This document shows positions 17,687 to 26,828 of a DNA stretch of 64,000 bases, piece by piece. The notes under the pieces were generated by a model. That model made no database searches. It had not been told where the DNA came from and was given only the letters and a program-made list of their open reading frames with translations. This DNA is from Eubacterium sp. (GTDB lineage Bacteria > Bacillota > Clostridia > Lachnospirales > Lachnospiraceae): NCBI GenBank assembly GCA_017406925.1, contig JAFQXO010000009.1, positions 28,754 through 92,753 of the forward strand, read 5' to 3'. Every line of letters begins with the position of its first letter. Positions within the stretch are counted from its first letter, which is position 1. Both the position numbers and the translations under genes were made by a program.

Positions 17687-20449
17687 ATGACTACAATGAG
17701 TGAATTTCACAAGCAATTTTTTAATAAGTCTAGAGAAACTGCGACAGAAGGAATAGTTCTATTGAAGAACGAGAGAGGCACATTACCTTTTAGGGATAAG
17801 GATGTGGTCTCTGTTTTTGGGCGTCCTCAGATTGACTACTATAGAAGTGGTACAGGCTCGGGAGGCTCTGTTTATGTAGAGAAAACGACCAACATTTTGG
17901 ATGGTTTCAAGAATAGTGGAATCAATATCAACAATGAATTGGTTGATGCATCCAAAGCATGGCTCAGGACTCATCCATTCGACAATGGTGGAGGTGGATG
18001 GGCGGCTGAACCTTGGTTCCAGTATGATATGCCTATCACATATGATTTCGCCGCGAAGATGGCGCGCCATTCAAACAAAGCAGTCTACATCATTGGTAGA
18101 ACGGCAGGTGAGGATCGCGATAACTATCTCGTCGAGGGTAGTTATCAACTCACAGCGCTTGAAAAAGAGAATCTAGTTGCTATCACTCAGGCTTTCAAGC
18201 AGGTCTGTGTCATTTTCAATGTTTCTAATATCATTGATATGGGTTGGATAGCCGATGAGCGAATGGGAGAAATCGATTCTATGGTTTATGTTTGGCAAGG
18301 TGGAAATGCTGGTGGATTGGCCATAGGCGATGTGTTATCAGGAAATATTTCTCCTAGTGGAAAGATGCCAGACACTATCGCATGGGATATTCACGATTAT
18401 CCATCGACCGAAAATTTCGGACATGATTTTTTCAATTTATATAAAGAAGATATCTACGTGGGATATCGCTATTTTGAGACGTTTGCCCCTGACAAGGTGA
18501 TGTATGAGTTTGGCTTTGGCCTGTCATACACAGAATTTGATGTTTCAGTGTTGAAAGCGGAAAAGGTGGGCGACGAACTCATATTCAACGTAGAAGTTAC
18601 AAATATAGGAAAGAAATATTCTGGCAAGGAAGTAGTACAAGTTTATGTGGAGGCTCCTCAAGGAGCGCTCGGTCAACCTAAGCGCAAGCTGGCTGGCTTC
18701 GCTAAGACAGACGAGATAGCCCCTGGCGATTCGCAGCAGGTTGAGGTTCGTTTTACTATGGAAGAGTTAGCGTCTTACGATGACAGTAATGCGACTGGCC
18801 ATAAATCTTGTTACGTCCTTGAGGATGGAGATTACAATTTCTATGTCGGCACTAGCGTGCGCGACAATATCCTCTCACACACCGAGACTATAGACGAACT
18901 TATCGTAGTAGAGGAATTGTCTGAGTGCTGCGCACCAGACAATGATGATTTGGAAATATTAAAACCAGGAAAGCTGAAGGAAGATGGAACATATGAGGAA
19001 ACTTATGTTCCTAGTGAGCATCCTACAGTGGACTTGGCGAAGAGAATAGAAGAAAATTTACCTGAAGAAATATCACAGACAGGTGATAAAGGTATTAAAT
19101 TAAAAGATGTCTATGACGGAAAAGCAGAGTTAAAAGACTTTATTGCGCAGTTGACAGTTGAGGAACTAGCGCAGATGATTCGTGGTGAGGGAATGTCGAA
19201 CCCACGAGTTACAATGGGAACAGCGTCAGCGTTTGGCGGCGTGAGTGACCAGCTTTTCAACTATGGTGTACCTGCTGGTTGTACGGCAGATGGACCAAGT
19301 GGCGTCAGAATGTCAGATCCGACTATACAGTTGCCGATAGGAACGATGCTATCGTCGACTTGGAATACTAAATTAGTGAAAGATATTTATGAGATGGTAG
19401 GCCAGGAGCTGAATAATCATCAGATCGATACTCTCCTCGGCCCTGGCACTAACATCCATCGTAACCCAATGAATGGACGAAACTTTGAATATTATTCAGA
19501 GGATCCAGTTCTCTCAGCCGAGATGGCGCTTGCAGCGACTGGTGGAATAAAGGCTGGCGGTTCATGGGGTACGATTAAGCATTTCGCACTCAACTCTCAA
19601 GAGACTCACAGATTCCGCGTGGACGCTGTGTGCTCTGAGCGAGCAATAAGAGAGATATACTTAAAGCCTTTCGAAAAGTCAGTAAGAGAGGGAACCGTTC
19701 AGACAGTTATGACATCGTATAATCCTATCAACGGACATTGGGCAGCATCTAACTACGACCTCTGTACGACCATTCTTCGCGGAGAGTGGGGATTTGATGG
19801 AATGGTTATGACAGACTGGTGGGCTCGCATGAACGATGTAGTTGAGAAGGGACCAGAATCAGATCAAGACACAAGAGATATGATTCGTTCACAGAACGAC
19901 GTATATATGGTAGTAAATAATAACGGCGCTGAGGTGAACTCAAAGGAAGATAATACAGAGGAGTCTATTGTCGAAGGCAGATTGACACTAGGCGAGTTGC
20001 AGAGATGTGCCATGAACATATGTAACTTCATTATGAAGACTCCGTGTATCGAGCGAGAACTCGTGGACCCTGATAAGGCGGAACATTATAAGGCAGTTCC
20101 TGTGGAGGATGCGAAATATAAGACGTTTAAACTCACGGATGATGACAAGGTTATGTTTGAGGGTGAGTCTGAGGCGACAATGATTGTCGACGAGCCGGGA
20201 GTTTACACGTTTATAGCGCAGATGGCTTTCGACAGACACAATCTATACCAGGCTACATCGAATCTGATGGCGAACGATGAGAAGATGATAGTTTTGCAGA
20301 CGAGTGGAACCGACGGCAAGTGGGTGACAGTGAAACTCTGCAAGGTTGAACTCGAGAAGGGCGCTTACAACTTCAAGTTGGAAGAAGTTCAGGCAGGTAT
20401 TAAAGTAAATTACCTGCAGTTCAAGAAGAACAAGCAGGCTAATGCATAG
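17687..20449 (+). CDS. GH3 beta-glucosidase, permuted domain order, with C-terminal beta-sandwich
   Basis: EGIVLLKN, FGFGLSYT and GKEVVQVY precede ADGPSG, GRNFEYYSEDP, KHFALN and VMTDWW (nucleophile); no signal peptide. Confidence 0.93.
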   Translation: MTTMSEFHKQFFNKSRETATEGIVLLKNERGTLPFRDKDVVSVFGRPQIDYYRSGTGSGGSVYVEKTTNILDGFKNSGININNELVDASKAWLRTHPFDNGGGGWAAEPWFQYDMPITYDFAAKMARHSNKAVYIIGRTAGEDRDNYLVEGSYQLTALEKENLVAITQAFKQVCVIFNVSNIIDMGWIADERMGEIDSMVYVWQGGNAGGLAIGDVLSGNISPSGKMPDTIAWDIHDYPSTENFGHDFFNLYKEDIYVGYRYFETFAPDKVMYEFGFGLSYTEFDVSVLKAEKVGDELIFNVEVTNIGKKYSGKEVVQVYVEAPQGALGQPKRKLAGFAKTDEIAPGDSQQVEVRFTMEELASYDDSNATGHKSCYVLEDGDYNFYVGTSVRDNILSHTETIDELIVVEELSECCAPDNDDLEILKPGKLKEDGTYEETYVPSEHPTVDLAKRIEENLPEEISQTGDKGIKLKDVYDGKAELKDFIAQLTVEELAQMIRGEGMSNPRVTMGTASAFGGVSDQLFNYGVPAGCTADGPSGVRMSDPTIQLPIGTMLSSTWNTKLVKDIYEMVGQELNNHQIDTLLGPGTNIHRNPMNGRNFEYYSEDPVLSAEMALAATGGIKAGGSWGTIKHFALNSQETHRFRVDAVCSERAIREIYLKPFEKSVREGTVQTVMTSYNPINGHWAASNYDLCTTILRGEWGFDGMVMTDWWARMNDVVEKGPESDQDTRDMIRSQNDVYMVVNNNGAEVNSKEDNTEESIVEGRLTLGELQRCAMNICNFIMKTPCIERELVDPDKAEHYKAVPVEDAKYKTFKLTDDDKVMFEGESEATMIVDEPGVYTFIAQMAFDRHNLYQATSNLMANDEKMIVLQTSGTDGKWVTVKLCKVELEKGAYNFKLEEVQAGIKVNYLQFKKNKQANA

Positions 20450-20493
20450 TAAAATTCCCTACATAAATTGGGCAATTGGCTCAAGAAAAAATG

Positions 20494-20530
20494 AAAGTGG
20501 TTCCGATTCTCTCGGAGCCGCTTTTATTAT
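20494..20530 (+). terminator. Terminator after GH3
   Basis: aaagtggttccga/tcggagccgcttt. Confidence 0.75.
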
Positions 20531-20628
20531 GCAAAAATAAGACAAAATAAGAACACCTTAAGACAGAAATACATTCTAATGGTGGTATAATAAAAATATT
20601 AATTGTTATATCTAAGGAGGATTTTAAA

Positions 20629-20858
20629 ATGAAAAAATATTAGCTTTAACATTATCTTTGATTATGATTTGGAGTTGCTTTGTGGGGCCTGTAAATGTGA
20701 GCGCTTCCAAAGTTAAGAAGAGCGGATATTACTATACAATACTGCAGACAAATAAAAATGATTATGGATCGGAATACAGTAAAAAGGTTAAGAAAAAGGG
20801 AAATAAAATAACTATATACGGAAAAATGTCATATGCTAAAAAAGAATTTGGAAAGTGA
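20629..20858 (+). pseudogene. Frameshifted, probably truncated secreted-protein gene
   Basis: aaggagg RBS then ATG AAA AAA TAT TAG; one extra A in the A6 run gives MKKILALTLSLIMIWSCFVGPVNVSA, a signal peptide in frame with ORF 20658..20858. Confidence 0.75.
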
Positions 20859-20887
20859 AAAAAGTACACTTTGGAAAAAATAATCAC

Positions 20888-20916
20888 TTGTATTTCTAAA
20901 ACAGGCATGATAAATT
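20888..20916 (+). promoter_or_regulatory. Candidate promoter for the peptide-ABC cassette
   Basis: TTGTAT-17-TAAATT with TG extension. Confidence 0.5.
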
Positions 20917-20987
20917 GGCTTGGCAGATGATTGCAAAATATATGGGGGATAGGGAAATAGATAACCCCAGAAAGAAGGAGAAAGAGT

Positions 20988-21332
20988 ATGAAAAAGAAAA
21001 TTTACACAATTGCTATAGCAATGTCATTATCATTAATGGCTTTAGTTATGGTAGGCGCAATGACACATTGGTATGCAAGTAAAGGTAGAAGAGGACTAGA
21101 TGTTTATGTAGAAGCTCGTTTTAATGGTTCAGTTAAAACTAATGGAGGAAGTCTATGCAAAAGCCTTGGTTTGAAAAAGGACAAATATGTTAAAAAAGTT
21201 ACTATCAAATTAAGAGAAAAAAATTATAATCATTCAAAGAGCACAACAAAAAGTAATAAATTAATACAATTAAAAAAGTTCAATGATCCGCTCCACACAT
21301 CATATGGTTCGTGGACTTGGGCGTATAAATAA
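20988..21332 (+). CDS. Small secreted cationic protein, candidate bacteriocin (lactococcin 972-like gene context)
   Basis: RBS aaggag; Sec signal ending VGA; about 90-aa mature part with 16 K + 4 R versus 5 D/E; followed by ABC permeases and ATPase. Confidence 0.6.
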   Translation: MKKKIYTIAIAMSLSLMALVMVGAMTHWYASKGRRGLDVYVEARFNGSVKTNGGSLCKSLGLKKDKYVKKVTIKLREKNYNHSKSTTKSNKLIQLKKFNDPLHTSYGSWTWAYK

Positions 21333-21353
21333 TTAAAATAGACAAATAACAAG

Positions 21354-21402
21354 TATTCATACTAAGTATATTTTAAATTCTTAGTATGAATATTGTTTTT
21401 TT
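21354..21402 (+). terminator. Hairpin/terminator between peptide gene and transporter genes
   Basis: Perfect 13-bp inverted repeat tattcatactaag/cttagtatgaata followed by T run. Confidence 0.65.
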
Positions 21403-21413
21403 ATGAGGAATTT

Positions 21414-22439
21414 ATGAAAATACTAAATTTTAAAAACATAATCTTAATTATAGTCTTATTTATGAGCATTTTTATTTTTCAATTAGGAAACAACGCAATG
21501 CTTTTGCCGCGAATTGAAAAGAAAACAGAAAATAGTTATTTAATAAAAGTAAACAATGAAGAAAATCCAACAATTGGAAAAGTAATTGAGAGAATAGGAA
21601 AATTAAAATATCGACGGTTAGATTTTTCTTATGAAGAATATGCTTATGCAGTTTCAAAATTTACAAAAAAATTTATAGAGGAAGTTAAGATATCTTTTAC
21701 TGATAAGGATTCTATTAATAAAAAAGAAAACACTGCAGTAGTTAATAAAAAATACAAAGAAATGGTATTTCAGAAAAAAGGAAAAGAGTATATTAATTGC
21801 AGAGGCCATGAATATAGAGTTATAGGCTATTATGCAGACAACAGAGATTCAACTATAGAAGAGAAATTATTTTATATAAACATATGCTCCTCAAGTATTG
21901 CAAACGACAATCACTACAATTTAATTGAAATACAAGGGAACGGTAGTTTGAAGGAGAGTAGTCTTAAAAGAATATTAAAAAAAGAGTTTGGATCTTTTGA
22001 AATAAGAAAATCTAACGATGGGTATATAGATACAAGAGAGGTATTTGTATTTGAATTGTTTTTATGTGCGCTTTTGGTCATTTTTAATTGCGTTGGATTC
22101 ATACAAAAGTGGATTAATTATCAGAAACGAGAAATATCTATACGCTTACTCGTAGGCGCAACAAAAGAAAAGATAATCAAACTTTATTTTACAAGATTTT
22201 TTATGATAATATGTATATCTTTTTTGTTTGGAACAATAATATCAACAACAATAATGGATAGTATTCGAAAAACGCAAGTTTTAAACGCTACAAGGAATCT
22301 TTTCGGAACATCTTTGCTTCCTGCATCTATATTGTTGAGTTTTGTTGAAATCCTTCTGATAGGTTATCTCTTATTAGGAATTAACATTTTATTACAAGTG
22401 AGAAGAGGTAATATATCTGGAAAGATAGGGAGGTATTGA
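21414..22439 (+). CDS. FtsX/MacB-like ABC transporter permease
   Basis: N-terminal TM, extracellular domain, KREISIRLLVGATK loop, three C-terminal TMs; RBS gagga before ATG 21414. Confidence 0.8.
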   Translation: MKILNFKNIILIIVLFMSIFIFQLGNNAMLLPRIEKKTENSYLIKVNNEENPTIGKVIERIGKLKYRRLDFSYEEYAYAVSKFTKKFIEEVKISFTDKDSINKKENTAVVNKKYKEMVFQKKGKEYINCRGHEYRVIGYYADNRDSTIEEKLFYINICSSSIANDNHYNLIEIQGNGSLKESSLKRILKKEFGSFEIRKSNDGYIDTREVFVFELFLCALLVIFNCVGFIQKWINYQKREISIRLLVGATKEKIIKLYFTRFFMIICISFLFGTIISTTIMDSIRKTQVLNATRNLFGTSLLPASILLSFVEILLIGYLLLGINILLQVRRGNISGKIGRY

Positions 22440-22442
22440 TAA

Positions 22443-23600
22443 ATGAGAAGAACAAAGGAAAATATCAAATACGGACTGAAATCACTCAACAAGAGAAAGA
22501 TTCTTAGCATTTTTTTAATAATGCAAATTACTGCTTCAGTTTTCATTATGTGCTTTGTTTTGACTAATTATTATGATAGCAAGAACGTTTTACAACATAT
22601 TAATAAATATATGAACGGCAAAAATATTTATACTTTATACAATATCGACACATATAATTTAGTAGAGGAAAAAGGAGAAAAGATAGCTGCTAAAAAATAT
22701 AAGAAAGTATATTCAGATCTTCGAAAAGAGAAAGTTGAAAGAATACTAGTAAGCAATGCAGAAAGTATAGGTGATGAAAATGGCAAAGAACTGAACACCT
22801 TCAAAATAAGTCCAAATTTTTTCGAGAAATATGATATAAAAATTGCAGATTTTAATAGAAGAATTGATAAAACTTTTAAACTTAGGCATGGAAATATGTA
22901 TAAGGTTGACGAAGTGCCAGTATACGCGGGCAACTTTTGGAGGAAAAAATACGGATTGAATAAAATGATAAAAACAGACATTGGGGTAAATTTTAAGATT
23001 GTAGGCTTTCTGGAATCGGGGCAAAGAATAACTCTCCCAATGCAAAGGAAGGAAAGTACATCTATAGATGACGCAATTCTAATTCCTTATTATTTGGATT
23101 TTGAAGATAATTTTATGGAATATTTAGAGTCATTGCAATTTATCGCCAAGGACAAGAAGGAAATACAAGGGGTTATAAATGCGCTTAATCAAGAAAAGAT
23201 TGTAGATTATTATTTTAAAAATTATAAAGATCAATTAAGGCCCATTCGCGAAGATTACATCAACCTTTATGCTTTACATTTAAGTTTGGGTGTTATTCTA
23301 GCTGTTTTTTCTATAATAAGCATTATAGGAATGATAATACAAGTAATTGAAGATAGTGAATATGAATATGGAGTTAGTATGATGTGCGGGGCGAGAAAAA
23401 GCGATATTTTTGTACGTTTATTAACTCAAATAATATGCATGTTTATATTAGGGATTATCGTGCTTTATACTTGCTTTGGAGTGACCAAAGCCTCCAACAA
23501 TATTATGATAGGTGTTGGCGTACTTTTTGGAATAGTAACTATATATAGTTTGAAAAAAATAAATACTGGGGAAATAATCAAAAAAATAAAATCAGAATAA
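22443..23600 (+). CDS. FtsX/MacB-like ABC transporter permease
   Basis: Same topology; EYGVSMMCGARKSDI loop. Confidence 0.8.
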   Translation: MRRTKENIKYGLKSLNKRKILSIFLIMQITASVFIMCFVLTNYYDSKNVLQHINKYMNGKNIYTLYNIDTYNLVEEKGEKIAAKKYKKVYSDLRKEKVERILVSNAESIGDENGKELNTFKISPNFFEKYDIKIADFNRRIDKTFKLRHGNMYKVDEVPVYAGNFWRKKYGLNKMIKTDIGVNFKIVGFLESGQRITLPMQRKESTSIDDAILIPYYLDFEDNFMEYLESLQFIAKDKKEIQGVINALNQEKIVDYYFKNYKDQLRPIREDYINLYALHLSLGVILAVFSIISIIGMIIQVIEDSEYEYGVSMMCGARKSDIFVRLLTQIICMFILGIIVLYTCFGVTKASNNIMIGVGVLFGIVTIYSLKKINTGEIIKKIKSE

Positions 23601-23616
23601 AATAGGGTGGTGAAAT

Positions 23617-24291
23617 ATGAGTATTTTAGAAATTAAAAATATAAAAAGGGTATTTGGAGAAGGAGATAGCGAAGTCAAAGCTTTAGATGGCTTGTCGTTG
23701 AGTATAAAGCAAGGTGAAATGGTTGCCATAATGGGAGCTTCAGGCTCAGGGAAAAGCACATTGTTAAATATAATGGGTATGCTGGACAAGCAAACAGAAG
23801 GTGATTATTTTGTTATGGGGAAAAAGGTAAACGATTATAGTTCCAAGGAAAAAGCAAAACTAAGGAATGAATTTTTTGGTTTTATTGTTCAAGATTTTGC
23901 TTTAGTTCCAGAAATGAACATAGAAAACAATGTAAAATTGCCATTAGCATATGCCAAAATATCTAGGAAGGAAAAGAAAGAGCTCATAAGAAAAGTTTTA
24001 GAAAGACTGGGAATAGAGAACAAATTAAAAAAATATCCAAAACAATTATCAGGAGGACAAAAACAAAGGGTAGCAATAGCCAGAGCTTTGATAAACAATG
24101 CAAAAGTTTTGCTTTGTGATGAACCGACTGGTGCATTGGACTCGAAAAATACAATAAAATTGATGGAACTGTTTCAAGATTTGAAAAACGAAGGAAAAAC
24201 TTTAGTAATCGTAACTCATGAAAAGATGGTAGCAGAGTATTGTGATAGGGTTATCACTATCGAAGATGGAAGAGTAGTTAACGGATATTAA
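23617..24291 (+). CDS. LolD/MacB-type ABC ATPase
   Basis: GASGSGKS, LSGGQKQR, LLCDEPTGALD, VTH. Confidence 0.95.
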   Translation: MSILEIKNIKRVFGEGDSEVKALDGLSLSIKQGEMVAIMGASGSGKSTLLNIMGMLDKQTEGDYFVMGKKVNDYSSKEKAKLRNEFFGFIVQDFALVPEMNIENNVKLPLAYAKISRKEKKELIRKVLERLGIENKLKKYPKQLSGGQKQRVAIARALINNAKVLLCDEPTGALDSKNTIKLMELFQDLKNEGKTLVIVTHEKMVAEYCDRVITIEDGRVVNGY

Positions 24292-24325
24292 AAGAAGAGG
24301 GAAAAGTTCCCTAACTAAAAAGGTG

Positions 24326-24362
24326 ATAGTATGGCAGATGAAAGCTGCGAGACTATTTTTTT
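24326..24362 (+). terminator. Terminator after the ABC cassette
   Basis: atagt..gcag/ctgc..actat imperfect stem plus T run. Confidence 0.55.
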
Positions 24363-24398
24363 ATGTTTGTAAGTGTTCCCAACAGCCTTTTAGCCGGT

Positions 24399-24427
24399 TT
24401 GCGTGGCATAGTCAATTATTGTATAAT
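24399..24427 (+). promoter_or_regulatory. sigma-A promoter of the hydratase-glgB cluster
   Basis: TTGCGT-17-TATAAT. Confidence 0.7.
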
Positions 24428-24488
24428 GTTACTAACTGTGGGAAAATGCGCCCTATAGCATTTTTCCTACGCTTTTTAGGAGGATTTA

Positions 24489-26801
24489 ATGGTTAAATTA
24501 TCACAAGGTGGAGCTTATTTAGTAAATGGAACAGATGTCATTGAGACAGCTGGAAAGACAGAGGATGAGCTCTCTAGTTTGCTTGGAAGTAACTATGTTT
24601 CTGAAGCGGAAGCTTCAAAACAGACTATGGCTTACAATATTTTAAGGGAGCATAATACATCAGACAATATGGAAAAACTTCAGATCAAGTTTGATAAATT
24701 GACATCTCACGACATCACTTTCGTGGGAATTATTCAGACTGCTAGAGCATCGGGACTTGAGAAGTTTCCTATTCCATATGTTCTCACAAACTGCCACAAC
24801 AGTCTCTGTGCTGTAGGCGGAACAATTAATGAAGATGACCATATGTTTGGACTTACAGCTGCCAAGAAGTATGGCGGAATTTATGTTCCACCACACCAGG
24901 CGGTTATTCACCAGTTTGCAAGAGAGATGCTTGCAGGTGGCGGAAAGATGATTTTGGGTTCTGACTCACATACACGTTACGGTGCGCTCGGTACTATGGC
25001 GATGGGCGAGGGCGGACCTGAATTGGTTAAGCAGTTATTGTCGCAGACATATGATATCAATAGACCAGAGGTAGTTGGAATTTATATGACGGGAACTCCT
25101 CAGCCGGGCGTGGGACCACAGGACGTGGCTCTCGCTATCATCGGAGAGGTTTTCGAGTCAGGTTATGTGAAGAATAAGGTGATGGAATTCGTCGGACCTG
25201 GAGTTAAGAACTTGAGCGCTGATTTCAGAATCGGTGTAGACGTAATGACAACAGAGACGACATGCTTATCTTCTATCTGGACTACAGATGACACTATTAA
25301 AGAATTCTACGAGACTCATGGAAGAGCAGATGATTACAAGGAATTGAATCCTGGAACAGTAGCTTACTATGATGGAATCGTTTACGTTAACCTTTCAGAG
25401 ATTAAACCTATGATTGCGATGCCATTCCATCCAAGTAACACATATACCATTGACGAAGTCAATGCAAATCTAGAAGACATACTTCATGATGTTGAGCAGA
25501 AGGCGCTTGTCTCACTTGATGGTCAGGTGGATTATAGTTTGCAGGACAAGATAGTGGACGGCAAACTTTATGTGGAACAGGGAATCATCGCTGGATGTGC
25601 AGGTGGTGGATTTGAGAACATTTGCGCTGCAGCAGATATCTTGAAAGGAAAGAGCATAGGTTCGGATGAGTTTACATTGAGTGTTTATCCGGCATCTATG
25701 CCAGTATATATGGAACTGATTAAGAATGGTGCAGCAGCCGACTTGATGGAAACGGGAGCGGTTTTGAAGACTGCATTCTGTGGGCCTTGTTTCGGTGCTG
25801 GAGACACACCTGCGAACAACGCGTTCTCTATCAGACATTCGACGCGTAACTTCCCTAACCGTGAGGGTAGCAAATTACAGAATGGCCAGATCAGTTCAGT
25901 AGCTTTGATGGATGCTAGATCTATTGCCGCTACCGCGGCAAACAAAGGCTTCCTTACAGCTGCCACAGATTTAGATGTAGAATATGCTAATCGCAAGTAT
26001 CATTTCGACGCTAGCATATATGAAAATAGAGTATTTGATTCACACGGAAATGCAGACACAGATGCAGAGTTGAAACTGGGACCAAACATCAAGGATTGGC
26101 CAGAGATGGTTGCATTGACTGACAACTTACTATTGAAAGTAGTTTCAGAAATCCATGACCCAGTTACTACAACAGATGAACTTATTCCTTCAGGTGAGAC
26201 TTCGTCATACAGATCAAATCCTTTGGGGCTTGCAGAGTTTGCACTCTCTAGAAAGGATCCTGAGTATGTGGGAAGAGCGAAGGAAGTTCAAAAGGCTGAA
26301 AGGAATCGAGAAGAAGGAAAGAGCCCTGCAGAGGTTCTTCCAGAGATAGAGACAGTAATTGCACTTCTGAAAGAAAAGGTGGGTGACCATCCATTTGATG
26401 ACAGTACACTTGGGATCGGAAGTACGATTTATGCAGTGAAGCCAGGTGATGGTTCAGCTAGAGAGCAAGCTGCTTCATGTCAGAAGGTTCTCGGAGGTTG
26501 GGCTAACATCGCAGAAGAGTATGCGACGAAGAGATATCGCTCAAATCTAATTAACTGGGGAATGCTTCCATTCATTTTCGAGGGAGAGATTCCGTTCAAG
26601 TTGAATGATTATATATTTGTCCCAGACATCAAGAAGGCTGTAGAAGATGCAGCAACTGAAATTCCAGCTTACATTGTTAAGATGAAAGATGGAAAGGCTG
26701 AAAGTGTGGAAGAGTTCACATTGAAACTGGGAGAGATGACATCAGAGGAGCGCGACATTATCCTCAAGGGATGTCTCATAAACTACAACCGAGTTAAATA
26801 A
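24489..26801 (+). CDS. ybhJ: Aconitase-family hydratase (YbhJ-like)
   Basis: [50 protein letters not shown]. Confidence 0.9.
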   Translation: MVKLSQGGAYLVNGTDVIETAGKTEDELSSLLGSNYVSEAEASKQTMAYNILREHNTSDNMEKLQIKFDKLTSHDITFVGIIQTARASGLEKFPIPYVLTNCHNSLCAVGGTINEDDHMFGLTAAKKYGGIYVPPHQAVIHQFAREMLAGGGKMILGSDSHTRYGALGTMAMGEGGPELVKQLLSQTYDINRPEVVGIYMTGTPQPGVGPQDVALAIIGEVFESGYVKNKVMEFVGPGVKNLSADFRIGVDVMTTETTCLSSIWTTDDTIKEFYETHGRADDYKELNPGTVAYYDGIVYVNLSEIKPMIAMPFHPSNTYTIDEVNANLEDILHDVEQKALVSLDGQVDYSLQDKIVDGKLYVEQGIIAGCAGGGFENICAAADILKGKSIGSDEFTLSVYPASMPVYMELIKNGAAADLMETGAVLKTAFCGPCFGAGDTPANNAFSIRHSTRNFPNREGSKLQNGQISSVALMDARSIAATAANKGFLTAATDLDVEYANRKYHFDASIYENRVFDSHGNADTDAELKLGPNIKDWPEMVALTDNLLLKVVSEIHDPVTTTDELIPSGETSSYRSNPLGLAEFALSRKDPEYVGRAKEVQKAERNREEGKSPAEVLPEIETVIALLKEKVGDHPFDDSTLGIGSTIYAVKPGDGSAREQAASCQKVLGGWANIAEEYATKRYRSNLINWGMLPFIFEGEIPFKLNDYIFVPDIKKAVEDAATEIPAYIVKMKDGKAESVEEFTLKLGEMTSEERDIILKGCLINYNRVK

Positions 26802-26828
26802 AAATCTTTTATCCACAAGGAGAAGACT

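Noticed and set aside
20931-20987. Riboswitch in the peptide gene leader
   Set aside because: Only a short tgggg/cccca pairing; no match to conserved cores of riboswitch classes I recognise
24368-24381. cre-like site tgtaagtgttccca upstream of the hydratase promoter
   Set aside because: Lacks the central CG and has a second mismatch; too weak alone
26809-26817. Perfect DnaA box TTATCCACA before glgB
   Set aside because: Single isolated copy; about one chance match is plausible in a window this size
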